Shown here: positions 18,168-26,853 of the stretch, piece after piece | Numbering within the stretch: position 1 is the first letter of the stretch | How the letters are laid out: each line of letters begins with the position of its first letter | Source of the DNA: Candidatus Thorarchaeota archaeon | GTDB lineage: Archaea; Asgardarchaeota; Heimdallarchaeia; Hodarchaeales; Hodarchaeaceae | DNA length: 32,000 bases | Direction of reading: 5' to 3' | Assembly (NCBI GenBank): GCA_048882505.1 | Contig: JBHLRO010000002.1 | Location: 1-32,000, forward strand | Position numbers and translations under genes: made by a program | The notes under the pieces: model-generated | Database searches by the model: none | What the model saw: the letters and a program-made list of their open reading frames with translations, nothing else | Told to the model about the DNA's origin: nothing

Positions 18168-19478
18168 ATGCAGCAGACCCAAGAACAGAAAAAAAAAGTA
18201 TCAGTGATGAATTATGGCTGTACTGCCAATCTCAGTATAGCTGAGGGAATGATGGGTATTTTACGGAACACTGGTTATACTATCACGTCATCAGTTGATG
18301 AGGCGGACACGGTGGTGGTAAACACCTGCATTGTAAAGCAAAACACGGAGCATCGAATGAAAAGTCTCCTATTGTCCTTGGCCGAAACAAAAGAGGTCGT
18401 TGTCACAGGCTGTCTGCCCGTAGCGATGCAGAGTTGGGTCGAACAACATGTCCCTGCCGCCAAAATTCTGTTTCCGGAAAACGCAGATCAGCTCCCTGGA
18501 TTGTTGGAGGACATACCACTTGTTAACACCTCTTGGGAAGATCCCGTCGACTGGGCCCGTCTTTACGATGCTCCACGAATCCGTTTCAATCCGGTGGTAG
18601 GTAATATTGAAATTAGCCGAGGGTGCCTCGGCCAATGCACATTTTGTATTGTCAAAAGCACAAAAGGGCATCTTCGGTCACGTAGCCCAGATAATATTCT
18701 CCATGAGATCAAAATCGCCCTTACAACGGGAGTTAAGGAGATACGGTTAACCTCGCAAGATGTGGGACCATATGGCTGGGACCTAAGGCCACGACAGGAT
18801 ATTACTTCATTATTGTGTTCAATTGCTACTCTTCCAGAGCAATTCTTTGTAAGACTCGGGATGATGACCCCTAAATCTGTGGCAAGATATATAGATCCAC
18901 TTATAGAGCAGCTAATGCAGGAAAAGATCTATACACATCTTCACCTTCCAATCCAATCAGGGGCCAACTCAATACTCCGTGCGATGCGTCGTCTGGAGAC
19001 CGCAAAATATTTCACCGATCTAGTTCACCACTTGAGAGAAGAAGTTCCTATGTTTACCCTAGCCACAGATGTAATCGTCGGTTTCCCCGGAGAATCCCCA
19101 CAAGATTATGCAGCCACCCGTAACCTACTTAAAGAAGTTCGACCCGCCATTGTTAACCTTTCTAAATACACAGATCGACCTGGAACATCTGCAGCCCAAA
19201 TGGGCAATAAAGTACCTTCCCATATCAAGGCAAAGCGAAGCCAAGAAATAGGAACCCTTATTCGTCAAATTACATACAGTGAACTGAAAAAATGGGTAGG
19301 ATGGGAAGGGACGATGTTAATCAATGAACGTGGAAAATATCCCGACCAGTTTGTCGGGCGAAATTCGTCCTATTTACCTGTGGTGCTTTCTGGGGGTAAT
19401 CTTAAGCTAGGAGATTTCATTCAGGTTCAAATAATAGATGCGGGGCCAACCTATCTCATGGGCGAAGAAAAACGTTAA
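18168..19478 (+). CDS. tRNA methylthiotransferase, MtaB/e-MtaB (ms2t6A37) type, radical SAM
   Basis: UPF0004 domain (YGCTAN, VNTCIVK, TGCLP), CLGQCTFC, TDVIVGFPGE and a C-terminal TRAM-like segment; ATG at 18168 preferred. Confidence 0.9.
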   Translation: MQQTQEQKKKVSVMNYGCTANLSIAEGMMGILRNTGYTITSSVDEADTVVVNTCIVKQNTEHRMKSLLLSLAETKEVVVTGCLPVAMQSWVEQHVPAAKILFPENADQLPGLLEDIPLVNTSWEDPVDWARLYDAPRIRFNPVVGNIEISRGCLGQCTFCIVKSTKGHLRSRSPDNILHEIKIALTTGVKEIRLTSQDVGPYGWDLRPRQDITSLLCSIATLPEQFFVRLGMMTPKSVARYIDPLIEQLMQEKIYTHLHLPIQSGANSILRAMRRLETAKYFTDLVHHLREEVPMFTLATDVIVGFPGESPQDYAATRNLLKEVRPAIVNLSKYTDRPGTSAAQMGNKVPSHIKAKRSQEIGTLIRQITYSELKKWVGWEGTMLINERGKYPDQFVGRNSSYLPVVLSGGNLKLGDFIQVQIIDAGPTYLMGEEKR

Positions 19479-19538
19479 ACCTTTTAATTTTCGGTGAATT
19501 CATCCTCTTAAGAATTAAAATCCCCTTAGAACGGATTA

Positions 19539-19546
19539 TTTAAATA
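19539..19546 (+). promoter_or_regulatory. Candidate TATA box for tRNA-Leu
   Basis: TTTAAATA starting 36 nt upstream of the mature tRNA 5' end. Confidence 0.55.
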
Positions 19547-19574
19547 GTTTGAAATGTAGAATGCCCCGTTTGAA

Positions 19575-19740
19575 GCGGGGGTAGCCAAGCCAGGTCAAAG
19601 GATATCAGGGCTAGATGGTAACTCTATGTTATCGCAAGGTGCCGACCAAAGGCGCTGGACTTAAGATCTGTTGGCTTGATGGCCATATATAGGTGATCCA
19701 GTCTTATAGAAGTCCGGGGGTTCAAATCCCCTCCCCCGCA
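19575..19740 (+). tRNA. tRNA-Leu(TAA) with two introns: D-loop 21/22 (19599-19649, 51 nt) and 37/38 (19666-19695, 30 nt)
   Basis: GCGGGGG/CCCCCGC, CTGGA-CTTAAGA-TCCAG after splicing, long variable arm; BHB GGTC/GACC (AA|A, AA|A) and CTTA/TAGG (AG|A, TG|A). Confidence 0.93.
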
Positions 19741-19760
19741 TTCATTTTTTTAATAGAAGG

Positions 19761-20549
19761 ATGTTGAAACATTGGAGAGGCCATGTCTTGCATAATCCAT
19801 ACGAGAAGAAGACTCTAGGAGACACTTTGTCGGTCGTATTAGTTGGGCCTTCAAAACCACAGAATTTAGGAAGCATTGCACGTGTTGCAATGAATTTTGG
19901 GATTTTGAATCTCATTCTCGTTGATCCTGCTTTGGATATCACGGATCAGGGTCATCTTTCAGAAATAATGGCCGTGGCAAGGCGAGCAGGAACGATCATC
20001 GATTCTGTCAGAATTTTTGATGATTTTCAAACAATAAGAGACAACTTCAGATTTTTAATTGGAACTACGGCCCGTACTGGTGGCGATTATAATCTACTGC
20101 GTGTAGCACTGCCACCAGAAGCGTTGCTATCCACTGATATTGGGAGTGAAAATCTGGCGGTTGTATTCGGTCGTGAACAGTACGGCCTTTCTAATAAAGA
20201 AATCGGCCTTTGCGACTTGGTAATCAGCATTCCAACAGAGAAAATTTACCCAGTCATGAATCTCTCTCACGCCGTGGCAATTATACTTTATTTTCTGTAC
20301 CAAAGATTTTGTAAATTGCCCCAAACCATGGATGATGGTCCTAAACACCGAGCGGCAAAATATCAAGAAAGACAGCAACTACTCGAATATTTCGAACAGG
20401 TAATTCAACGCTCAAAATATTATCCAGAAAAGCAACGGGTTGCGAAGCAAGCATTCTCAAACGTCCTCTCCCGAGGTTATGTTACTGGACGGGAGGTATC
20501 GACTCTGTGCGGCGTTTTGAAATGGATTGCCCTTAACCTGACAGACTAG
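19761..20549 (+). CDS. trmJ: tRNA C32/U32 2'-O-methyltransferase, TrmJ/TrmH SPOUT family
   Basis: PQNLGSIARVAMNFG, IGTTAR, VFGREQYGLSNKEI and VMNLSHAV. Confidence 0.88.
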   Translation: MLKHWRGHVLHNPYEKKTLGDTLSVVLVGPSKPQNLGSIARVAMNFGILNLILVDPALDITDQGHLSEIMAVARRAGTIIDSVRIFDDFQTIRDNFRFLIGTTARTGGDYNLLRVALPPEALLSTDIGSENLAVVFGREQYGLSNKEIGLCDLVISIPTEKIYPVMNLSHAVAIILYFLYQRFCKLPQTMDDGPKHRAAKYQERQQLLEYFEQVIQRSKYYPEKQRVAKQAFSNVLSRGYVTGREVSTLCGVLKWIALNLTD

Positions 20550-20622
20550 ATGGAACTTTTAAATCAAAGTTTAGGGGGAAAGAATGGCTCAAAACTCTAT
20601 AAAAAATCTTCAAGAATGGTTT

Positions 20623-20693
20623 GCGCCGATAGTCTAGTGGTAGGACTCCAGTCTGCCACACTGGTGGCCCGGGTTCGAGTCCCGGTCGGCGCA
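20623..20693 (+). tRNA. tRNA-Gly(GCC), no intron
   Basis: GCGCCGA/TCGGCGC, CCAGT-CTGCCAC-ACTGG and CCGGG-TTCGAGT-CCCGG. Confidence 0.97.
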
Positions 20694-20695
20694 TA

Positions 20696-21706
20696 CTATC
20701 GTATACCTCCTTGAAAGGCATCCCAACCTCGCATTGGGACGGGCGTGGAAGTACCACCAACTTCTAGAAAGACGCCAGAATTTGATACACATTCCCCGAT
20801 TACAAGGTATTTTAGATCATTCTGCTCAAAAGTACGTTTTAGCTCGTCTAGTTGCGCAGGGGAGATAGTGAAAACAAGAACATATTCCTCTCCGCCGTAT
20901 AGAGTGATATCTTGGGCCACCAAATTTGTTTCTAAATATGGTTCAAGTTCGGGGTAGATTGGTAGCGTACGGAGTAAAACTCCTACATTTGAGGCTTGAG
21001 CTAGCCAGTGAAGGGATATGGCTAATCCATCTGAACAATCAATTGATGCTGTTGCCAACCGATGCTCACTGAGCACCCTTCCAGCTAAAATTTGTGGCAT
21101 AGGCTCGAAAAGAAGGTTCAATGCACGGTTCATAAGATCAGTGGGCACCTCAGAGACTCTCCGCTGTTCAGAAGATAGAAGGTAATCAAGTCCTATCGTA
21201 GTAAGGCCAAAATAACCCGTAACACATACTAGATCTCCTATGGCAGCATCACGTCTAGTCAAGATTTTTCCTGATGGAATGGATCCAATTCCCACACCCG
21301 TCAAGACCGTTTCTTGTGAAGAGCCTAGGTCTCCACCTAGGTATCGGGCCTGGTATTTATGGGCTGTAATTTGGATCGATGAAACTAACTCTTTCAGTTC
21401 CTCTTCATACATAGAGTTTTCAAGTGCCAGTGATGCCAAGAACAGTTCAGGCAGCGCTCCTTTTGCCGCGAGATCAGAAAAAGTTGTTGCAACAAGTTTG
21501 GTTCCAATTTGGGACCAGGTTTGCTGTGGAAGAAAATCAGACGCCCTTGACATGGTATCTACATTTACGAGAATGTGCGGAGGGGTGTTAGAGTAGAGAT
21601 AGGCATCCTCGTTTTGTCCTAGATGAGGCGTTGTATCCAAAAACGCTTGTAATAGTCGGATTGTTGCTACTTCCCCTAATTTTCCTAATGTTTTCAGATG
21701 CGTCAT
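20696..21706 (-). CDS. thiL: Thiamine-monophosphate kinase
   Basis: LGEVATI, NEDA, SDLAAKGA, LGGD, RRDAAIGD, IDCSDGL and GGEEY. Confidence 0.92.
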   Translation of the reverse strand: MTHLKTLGKLGEVATIRLLQAFLDTTPHLGQNEDAYLYSNTPPHILVNVDTMSRASDFLPQQTWSQIGTKLVATTFSDLAAKGALPELFLASLALENSMYEEELKELVSSIQITAHKYQARYLGGDLGSSQETVLTGVGIGSIPSGKILTRRDAAIGDLVCVTGYFGLTTIGLDYLLSSEQRRVSEVPTDLMNRALNLLFEPMPQILAGRVLSEHRLATASIDCSDGLAISLHWLAQASNVGVLLRTLPIYPELEPYLETNLVAQDITLYGGEEYVLVFTISPAQLDELKRTFEQNDLKYLVIGECVSNSGVFLEVGGTSTPVPMRGWDAFQGGIR

Positions 21707-21781
21707 CTTGAGAGTCTTATTTGTGTTTCATTATAAGAAGATTTTAAGACGTGACGCCCTAAGGTATTAATTGAGTGAAAA

Positions 21782-22915
21782 ATGAGTACTGAGACGGTTG
21801 AGACCTCCTCTGAAGCAATTCCTACTAACGTTGATTCACGCGCCAAACTTCGGGCGTTTATTCTACCTATCATCGCTGTAATATTGCTAGCGATCGTATT
21901 TTCCGTTATGACCTTGAATTTCTATCAGGGCATACAGCAAGCACCTCCTGACATTTCTCCCGTTCCAGAAAACCCTGATGATCCAGTAGGCGGCATTGCA
22001 CAAGGGGCACTCCTCAATATGCTCTTCTATGTGGGCGTGGCGTTCCTTGGAGGAATTCTGGTGTTGATCATAATCAGGAAGGGGCTAATCCAGCTCCTGG
22101 TCTACTTTTTTGCCGCGATGATGGGATTTTCCTGGTTCGTTTTTGGGTTGTTTTATGGCACTATTGTCCTGGTCGAGGGATTAGATCTAATTTGGTTGTG
22201 GCTTCCCCCCTTTATCCAAGCTGGAATTGAGGAATTTTTAGCATGGAAGATTCTGGTAGGAACACAAGAAATTTCTGTCATTGAGATACTAATTTACGCC
22301 TTCGCACTTCTTTTAGGGTTATTAGGTACGGTTTCATTCGGGATTCAGACGTTTGACCGAATCTGGGTGCGGAATGGGATGATGGTGTTTTTTGGAGCCA
22401 TGCTAGGTTCGATGCTTGCGATTCATCTTGGATTGCTTACTGTATTTCTCATCTTGATAGGATTGGCTGTCTATGATATCTACGCGGTGTTCCGTGGGCC
22501 CTTGAAAGGCATTATTGATCACGGACGTCAGACAGCTGCAGAGGTGGAAGAACAAATGCAATTCCTTGAAGAGAATGGTATCAAGTATGAGAAAGTGCCC
22601 CTGCTTCCTGCGTTGCCTGTATACTCCACTCCGCTTATAAACATTGGACTCGGAGATTTCGCTTTCTTTAGCATGCTTGCGAGCGCTGTGGTCGTTATCA
22701 GTAGTGGACTAGCCAACTTTTTTCCGCTTCTTGCGACCCTTGTGGGATTGTTTATTGGCGCTTATTATACTTTTAAGTTTTTAGAAGAAGAACGGGCCTT
22801 ACCTGGACTTCCTCTCCCTATATTCGGAGGCATGGGGTGTCTTATCCTAAGTGTTCTCGGCGGATTGATCCTGGGGGTGTTTACCTGGGACTCCATAATA
22901 GCATTATTCGCCTAA
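21782..22915 (+). CDS. Presenilin-family GxGD intramembrane aspartyl protease
   Basis: About 9 hydrophobic helices; YDIYAVF, IGLGDF and RALPGLP (PAL-like). Confidence 0.9.
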   Translation: MSTETVETSSEAIPTNVDSRAKLRAFILPIIAVILLAIVFSVMTLNFYQGIQQAPPDISPVPENPDDPVGGIAQGALLNMLFYVGVAFLGGILVLIIIRKGLIQLLVYFFAAMMGFSWFVFGLFYGTIVLVEGLDLIWLWLPPFIQAGIEEFLAWKILVGTQEISVIEILIYAFALLLGLLGTVSFGIQTFDRIWVRNGMMVFFGAMLGSMLAIHLGLLTVFLILIGLAVYDIYAVFRGPLKGIIDHGRQTAAEVEEQMQFLEENGIKYEKVPLLPALPVYSTPLINIGLGDFAFFSMLASAVVVISSGLANFFPLLATLVGLFIGAYYTFKFLEEERALPGLPLPIFGGMGCLILSVLGGLILGVFTWDSIIALFA

Positions 22916-22978
22916 TCCTCAGATGATGGTTTCATTAAATGATGGCCTAAAGAAGAGACAGGAGCACAATCTAGAGGA

Positions 22979-23353
22979 TTACATCACGAACAGAGTATCG
23001 CGTTCGAGTTGACACAGATATTCGTATACTTTTCCTTCAATATCGATGCCCAAATGGCCAGCAAGGACCAATGAGTTTAGAAAGACAGTAATGATCTCCT
23101 CAGCAACTGCATCATTATTTAACAAATTAGGGTCTTTCATTCGCTCCAACTGATCTAGTAAGCGTTGATTTACAAAAGGAGATTTTAAATGACGATTTTT
23201 AGTGTAACAGCTAAGGAGGGCTTTCATTCGATCTTGGATCTCTGAGACTGACATGTAATACTGCATAAGAAGATCACTCTCAATAATTAACCTTTTCGTG
23301 TAATGTCTTGAAAGTACCCATTTATTAACCTTTTCTCGAAACTCCATTTCCAA
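22979..23353 (-). CDS. Hypothetical protein, degenerate MazG-like all-alpha fold (tentative)
   Basis: C-terminal AEEIITVFLNSLVLAGHLGIDIE follows the MazG EExxDxxxxxxxLAxxLGIDL pattern but lacks the Asp. Confidence 0.55.
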   Translation of the reverse strand: MEMEFREKVNKWVLSRHYTKRLIIESDLLMQYYMSVSEIQDRMKALLSCYTKNRHLKSPFVNQRLLDQLERMKDPNLLNNDAVAEEIITVFLNSLVLAGHLGIDIEGKVYEYLCQLERDTLFVM

Positions 23354-23822
23354 TTTTGAATCTGTTGTAACGATTTTTGCCGAATTTTTGTCGGTGGGAG
23401 GATTTTTTGTCAGGTCTGGATCAAGGCCTCCACAGGAAGTGTAGGGGCGAGGGTCTTTTCCTCAATTATAGAGGGTACCACGTTGACTGAAATCCTAGCG
23501 AGGCTAAAAGGCTTAAATAGAGAGAGCGGCATCCAAGTGTAACTGGGGTTATTAACCGACAAAGTTGAGAAGTGGAATACTCCCCCTATTCTGAGGGTTT
23601 TTTGGGGATGAGATAAGAGTGCTATGCGAACTAGATCACAATCATACCCAAAGCCTTAGATCTAAATACAAAGCCCGATTTTTTTGGCTTTGCCACCCGC
23701 ACTAGCATATAAATCTATGCTCAAGATGTCCCTCCTATTAGAGAATCTAACCCGATTCAGGCGTTAGCCACAGCTAAAACACGAAAAATCATGCATCTTC
23801 ATGATTTCAAGGAGTTAAATCG

Positions 23823-23984
23823 ATGCCCATCACCGATCCTGAGAAACGAATCATCGCACGTCAAGCACTCTTAGAAATGAGCATTTGCAGAAAGTGTTAT
23901 GCCCGGAATCCTCCAGGTGCAACCAAATGCCGGCGCTGTCGATCAACACGTTTACGACCGAAACGCAAAGAACGAGCAGGATAA
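23823..23984 (+). CDS. rpl40e: Ribosomal protein eL40 (53 aa, not in the ORF track)
   Basis: Hand translation MPITDPEKRIIARQALLEMSICRKCYARNPPGATKCRRCRSTRLRPKRKERAG; CxxC...CxxC zinc ribbon; no ubiquitin fusion. Confidence 0.96.
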   Translation: MPITDPEKRIIARQALLEMSICRKCYARNPPGATKCRRCRSTRLRPKRKERAG

Positions 23985-24000
23985 ACCGCATATCAAAGTT

Positions 24001-25524
24001 CTAGCCTGGTACAGGGGTTTTTGTCGGGAGAATTTGACGACCATTTCGGAAATAAGCCCAAAAGACTAGCACAGCCGCCAGATAAAACACTGTGGCCAGA
24101 ATGAAGGGTGAATAGAAGTCCCCAATATCCATCATATAGGAACCCAATAAGAATCCAACAGCAGTGAAGATATTCATTCCAGCTACTCTTAGTGCTTCCA
24201 TAGTTACCCGTTCGGAATCATTTACCACTTCCATAGCAAGGGCAGACTCAGTCGGAGTAGTTGCATTCATGAAAAATCCACGGAGTAGATAGAATCCCGC
24301 CGCAACCAGTAATCCTGGAGCAAAAGGAAGGAGCAGTAAAAATGGAAGGCTTAACAATCTGGTGCCTACAATAACTTGGACTTTTCCAAACTTCTCTGCA
24401 ATGATCGGCGAGGTAAAATTTCCCAAAGCAGTAGCCAATGCGCCTAGTGCGAAAACCACTGCAATTTCCGCAGGATTAGCATTAAAGAATAACAAAAAGA
24501 ACAGCGAAAAGAAATAAACGAACATTCCAGCCCCTAATCCGATGCAGATTGCACTCAACACAAAAACCCCTACAGTTCCCCAGTTTGTCACGTTTTTGAA
24601 GCTCATTCTTGTTGTAATTGATTCTTGTGCCCGTTTTCGAAGAGCAGGATCCTCACTCAAAAATATAGCAGGAATAAGACTTCCTAACCACAAAGCTACT
24701 GAGACCAAGAGCCCAATCTGTAATACAAATATGGCGGCGGTTCCAGATACAACTGCTGTTTGATATAGAATCAAAGCAATTCCTAGGGGAACCACACCTC
24801 CCAAGAGGTTACCACTCATCATAGCTAATGTGGACATACCGTCTATGGTCGAAAACAAATAAACTCGTTCTTTTTCAGAGCTTTGCTCATATATGAAAGG
24901 ATTTTCAGCGATATTATGTATAGACATCACTGCAGAGCGAATGATCTGCGCTACAACGATAACCCAGGGCACAGGCCATAGAATCACAATCAAAATCATG
25001 ATCGCTCCCCAGAAATCTCCAAAAATAAATGACCATTTCTTCCCGATTCGGTCAACGAAAATTCCTGCAAAGGGAGAAATAATTCCGGATATCAACGAAC
25101 CAATAGCAAGGAGGATCCCCACAAAGAAAACTGCGCCTATTGTGACTCCGAAAAACTCAATACCAGCAGGAAATAAGTACAGTAGATAAATATTGAACAG
25201 TACGGTTCGGACGCCATAGGTAAAGGACATACCTTGTATGTGGGCTGAAAATTTCTTCGCGTTGTCCGAGAACGCGATAATCTTTTGATAATATGTAACA
25301 GGAGAGAGTATATCTCGACGTGGCTTAATAAATAACCAAATTGAAAAAGTTAGAATCGATAGAAACAAAATGAGAGCCAGTACGACAAGTAATAACTGAA
25401 CGGGACCAGCACCGTCTCCAGTATCGAGAATCCCCTCAGAGAGACCTTCATGAGCAGAAGCTTGATAAACAATCGTAAAACTGAGTATAACGATGAATGA
25501 GAGAAGTAATTGACGTTTCCTCAT
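24001..25524 (-). CDS. MFS transporter with extra N-terminal signal peptide + HEG loop + TM helix
   Basis: Motif A-like GIFVDRIGKK and AEKFGKV, about 12 TM from residue ~95; N-terminal extension of about 90 aa. Confidence 0.9.
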   Translation of the reverse strand: MRKRQLLLSFIVILSFTIVYQASAHEGLSEGILDTGDGAGPVQLLLVVLALILFLSILTFSIWLFIKPRRDILSPVTYYQKIIAFSDNAKKFSAHIQGMSFTYGVRTVLFNIYLLYLFPAGIEFFGVTIGAVFFVGILLAIGSLISGIISPFAGIFVDRIGKKWSFIFGDFWGAIMILIVILWPVPWVIVVAQIIRSAVMSIHNIAENPFIYEQSSEKERVYLFSTIDGMSTLAMMSGNLLGGVVPLGIALILYQTAVVSGTAAIFVLQIGLLVSVALWLGSLIPAIFLSEDPALRKRAQESITTRMSFKNVTNWGTVGVFVLSAICIGLGAGMFVYFFSLFFLLFFNANPAEIAVVFALGALATALGNFTSPIIAEKFGKVQVIVGTRLLSLPFLLLLPFAPGLLVAAGFYLLRGFFMNATTPTESALAMEVVNDSERVTMEALRVAGMNIFTAVGFLLGSYMMDIGDFYSPFILATVFYLAAVLVFWAYFRNGRQILPTKTPVPG

Positions 25525-25694
25525 GAAAAGACCAAGTATGCTCTATACACCCGCCTTCCATCCAATCGGTTGAAATTTGGTCTTATTCGAAAATCATAGC
25601 ACGAATAACCTGAAAAGCTCTTGAAATAGGCATAAAAAGTTTGTACTGACTTGGTCAAGGATTTGAAAAACATTTGATAATATTTATGAAATTT

Positions 25695-25976
25695 TTACAA
25701 TCCAAGATCCTTCCTTAGCTCTTTGTACATATTCAGGCCAATTTTCGTTAAAGTATAGCATTTTTTATTCTTCACTATCTTCGATCGAATCAAATTCCAT
25801 TCGTTGAGTTGTTTCACTCGTTTTGTCACGGCAGCATCAGACTTAGCATATATTGTCTTTTTTAAAACCTTTGTTGGGATAAATGGGTCTTTTTTTTTAC
25901 GCCTATTCCCCAAAACTTTGATGATGTTCAATATAGAAGCGGGATATTTTACCATGAGTTCACTCGGAGGAGGCAC
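25695..25976 (-). CDS. Small basic winged-helix DNA-binding protein
   Basis: SDAAVTKRVKQLNEWNLI...KKCYTLTKIG (wHTH recognition helix plus wing YxLTxxG); start may be the ATG at 25955. Confidence 0.72.
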   Translation of the reverse strand: MPPPSELMVKYPASILNIIKVLGNRRKKKDPFIPTKVLKKTIYAKSDAAVTKRVKQLNEWNLIRSKIVKNKKCYTLTKIGLNMYKELRKDLGL

Positions 25977-26313
25977 CAGCTCTTTTTTGCGCCAATTTAT
26001 ACTCTTCCTTCGTCAATCCGCTTTTACTCAATATTAAACCCTCTTATTTTCTAAACTAACCATTTCCTCCTCTTACTATGGCAAACGTTATTTCTCCCCT
26101 TCGTTCTTTTCTTGGAATTACTATTTGCTTTCTCTTGAGCCTATCGCTTTTTGATGTCCATTGCCTAGGGCTAGAGATTCTTTCTCTTTTTTTGCGGTTT
26201 GAATCCGACAAAACCGTTTTACCAGAGAAGGGCCATAGCGTTGCTATAAATAACCGAAAAAAATACAAATATACGAATTTCGTAGAAAGTATCCGATCTA
26301 TAAGATCGGATGA

Positions 26314-26808
26314 ATGAGGTTCAAGGAGGTGAAAAAAACGCGTTATCGAGGGAAAGCAGCTTTAGTTCTGTTCTTAGTGGTGCTATCTTTCGTTGGGTTG
26401 ACTAATACGTTCCCAGTTAAGGCCTCAGACGTGTATAAAATAACCGTAAAGACTTATTACCTCTACGTTGATTATGAAACGTACGATAGTGGTGAGAACG
26501 GTGAATTCAGATTTCAGTGTAGCTATGAAAGTGATCACTCGCCTCTATATTCTAGCAATATATGGAGCCTCCCAAGTTATAGCTCTCGAAGTTATCAGGA
26601 GGTGATAGATGTAGAATGGCTTCCATGGTATGACAATGTTTATTTGCGGCTTATAGAATATGATTATGGGCCCTACGATGTCGTAATTAATTGGCATAGT
26701 AAATCAGTGTCTTCATTGCATAATGGTAATAACATTATTACCTATTATGACGGTACAGGGTTAATCTGTAAATTTCTAGTGATAAAAGAAGATTTTGGTA
26801 TTGGTTAA
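26314..26808 (+). CDS. Secreted beta-rich protein, possibly C2-like
   Basis: Basic N-region, hydrophobic core and VKA|S cleavage-like site; Tyr/Asp-rich strands; DSGENGEFRF and YLRLIEYDYGPYDVV. Confidence 0.7.
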   Translation: MRFKEVKKTRYRGKAALVLFLVVLSFVGLTNTFPVKASDVYKITVKTYYLYVDYETYDSGENGEFRFQCSYESDHSPLYSSNIWSLPSYSSRSYQEVIDVEWLPWYDNVYLRLIEYDYGPYDVVINWHSKSVSSLHNGNNIITYYDGTGLICKFLVIKEDFGIG

Positions 26809-26853
26809 CAGTCTGATTTCTTAGTTTCCCTGAATCCATCCAATTCATGATAG

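Noticed and set aside
20533-20760. 75-aa minus-strand ORF
   Set aside because: It is antisense to tRNA-Gly.
23360-23700. Possible SRP RNA or RNase P RNA
   Set aside because: No helix-8 CAGG/AGCA symmetric loop, no GAGGAAAGTCC P4 motif (only GAGGAAAAGACC on the minus strand), and no GC enrichment.
26056-26317. ORFs of 70 aa (-) and 79 aa (+) between the wHTH and secreted-protein genes
   Set aside because: Mutually overlapping, composition driven by T/C-rich DNA; more likely a divergent promoter region.
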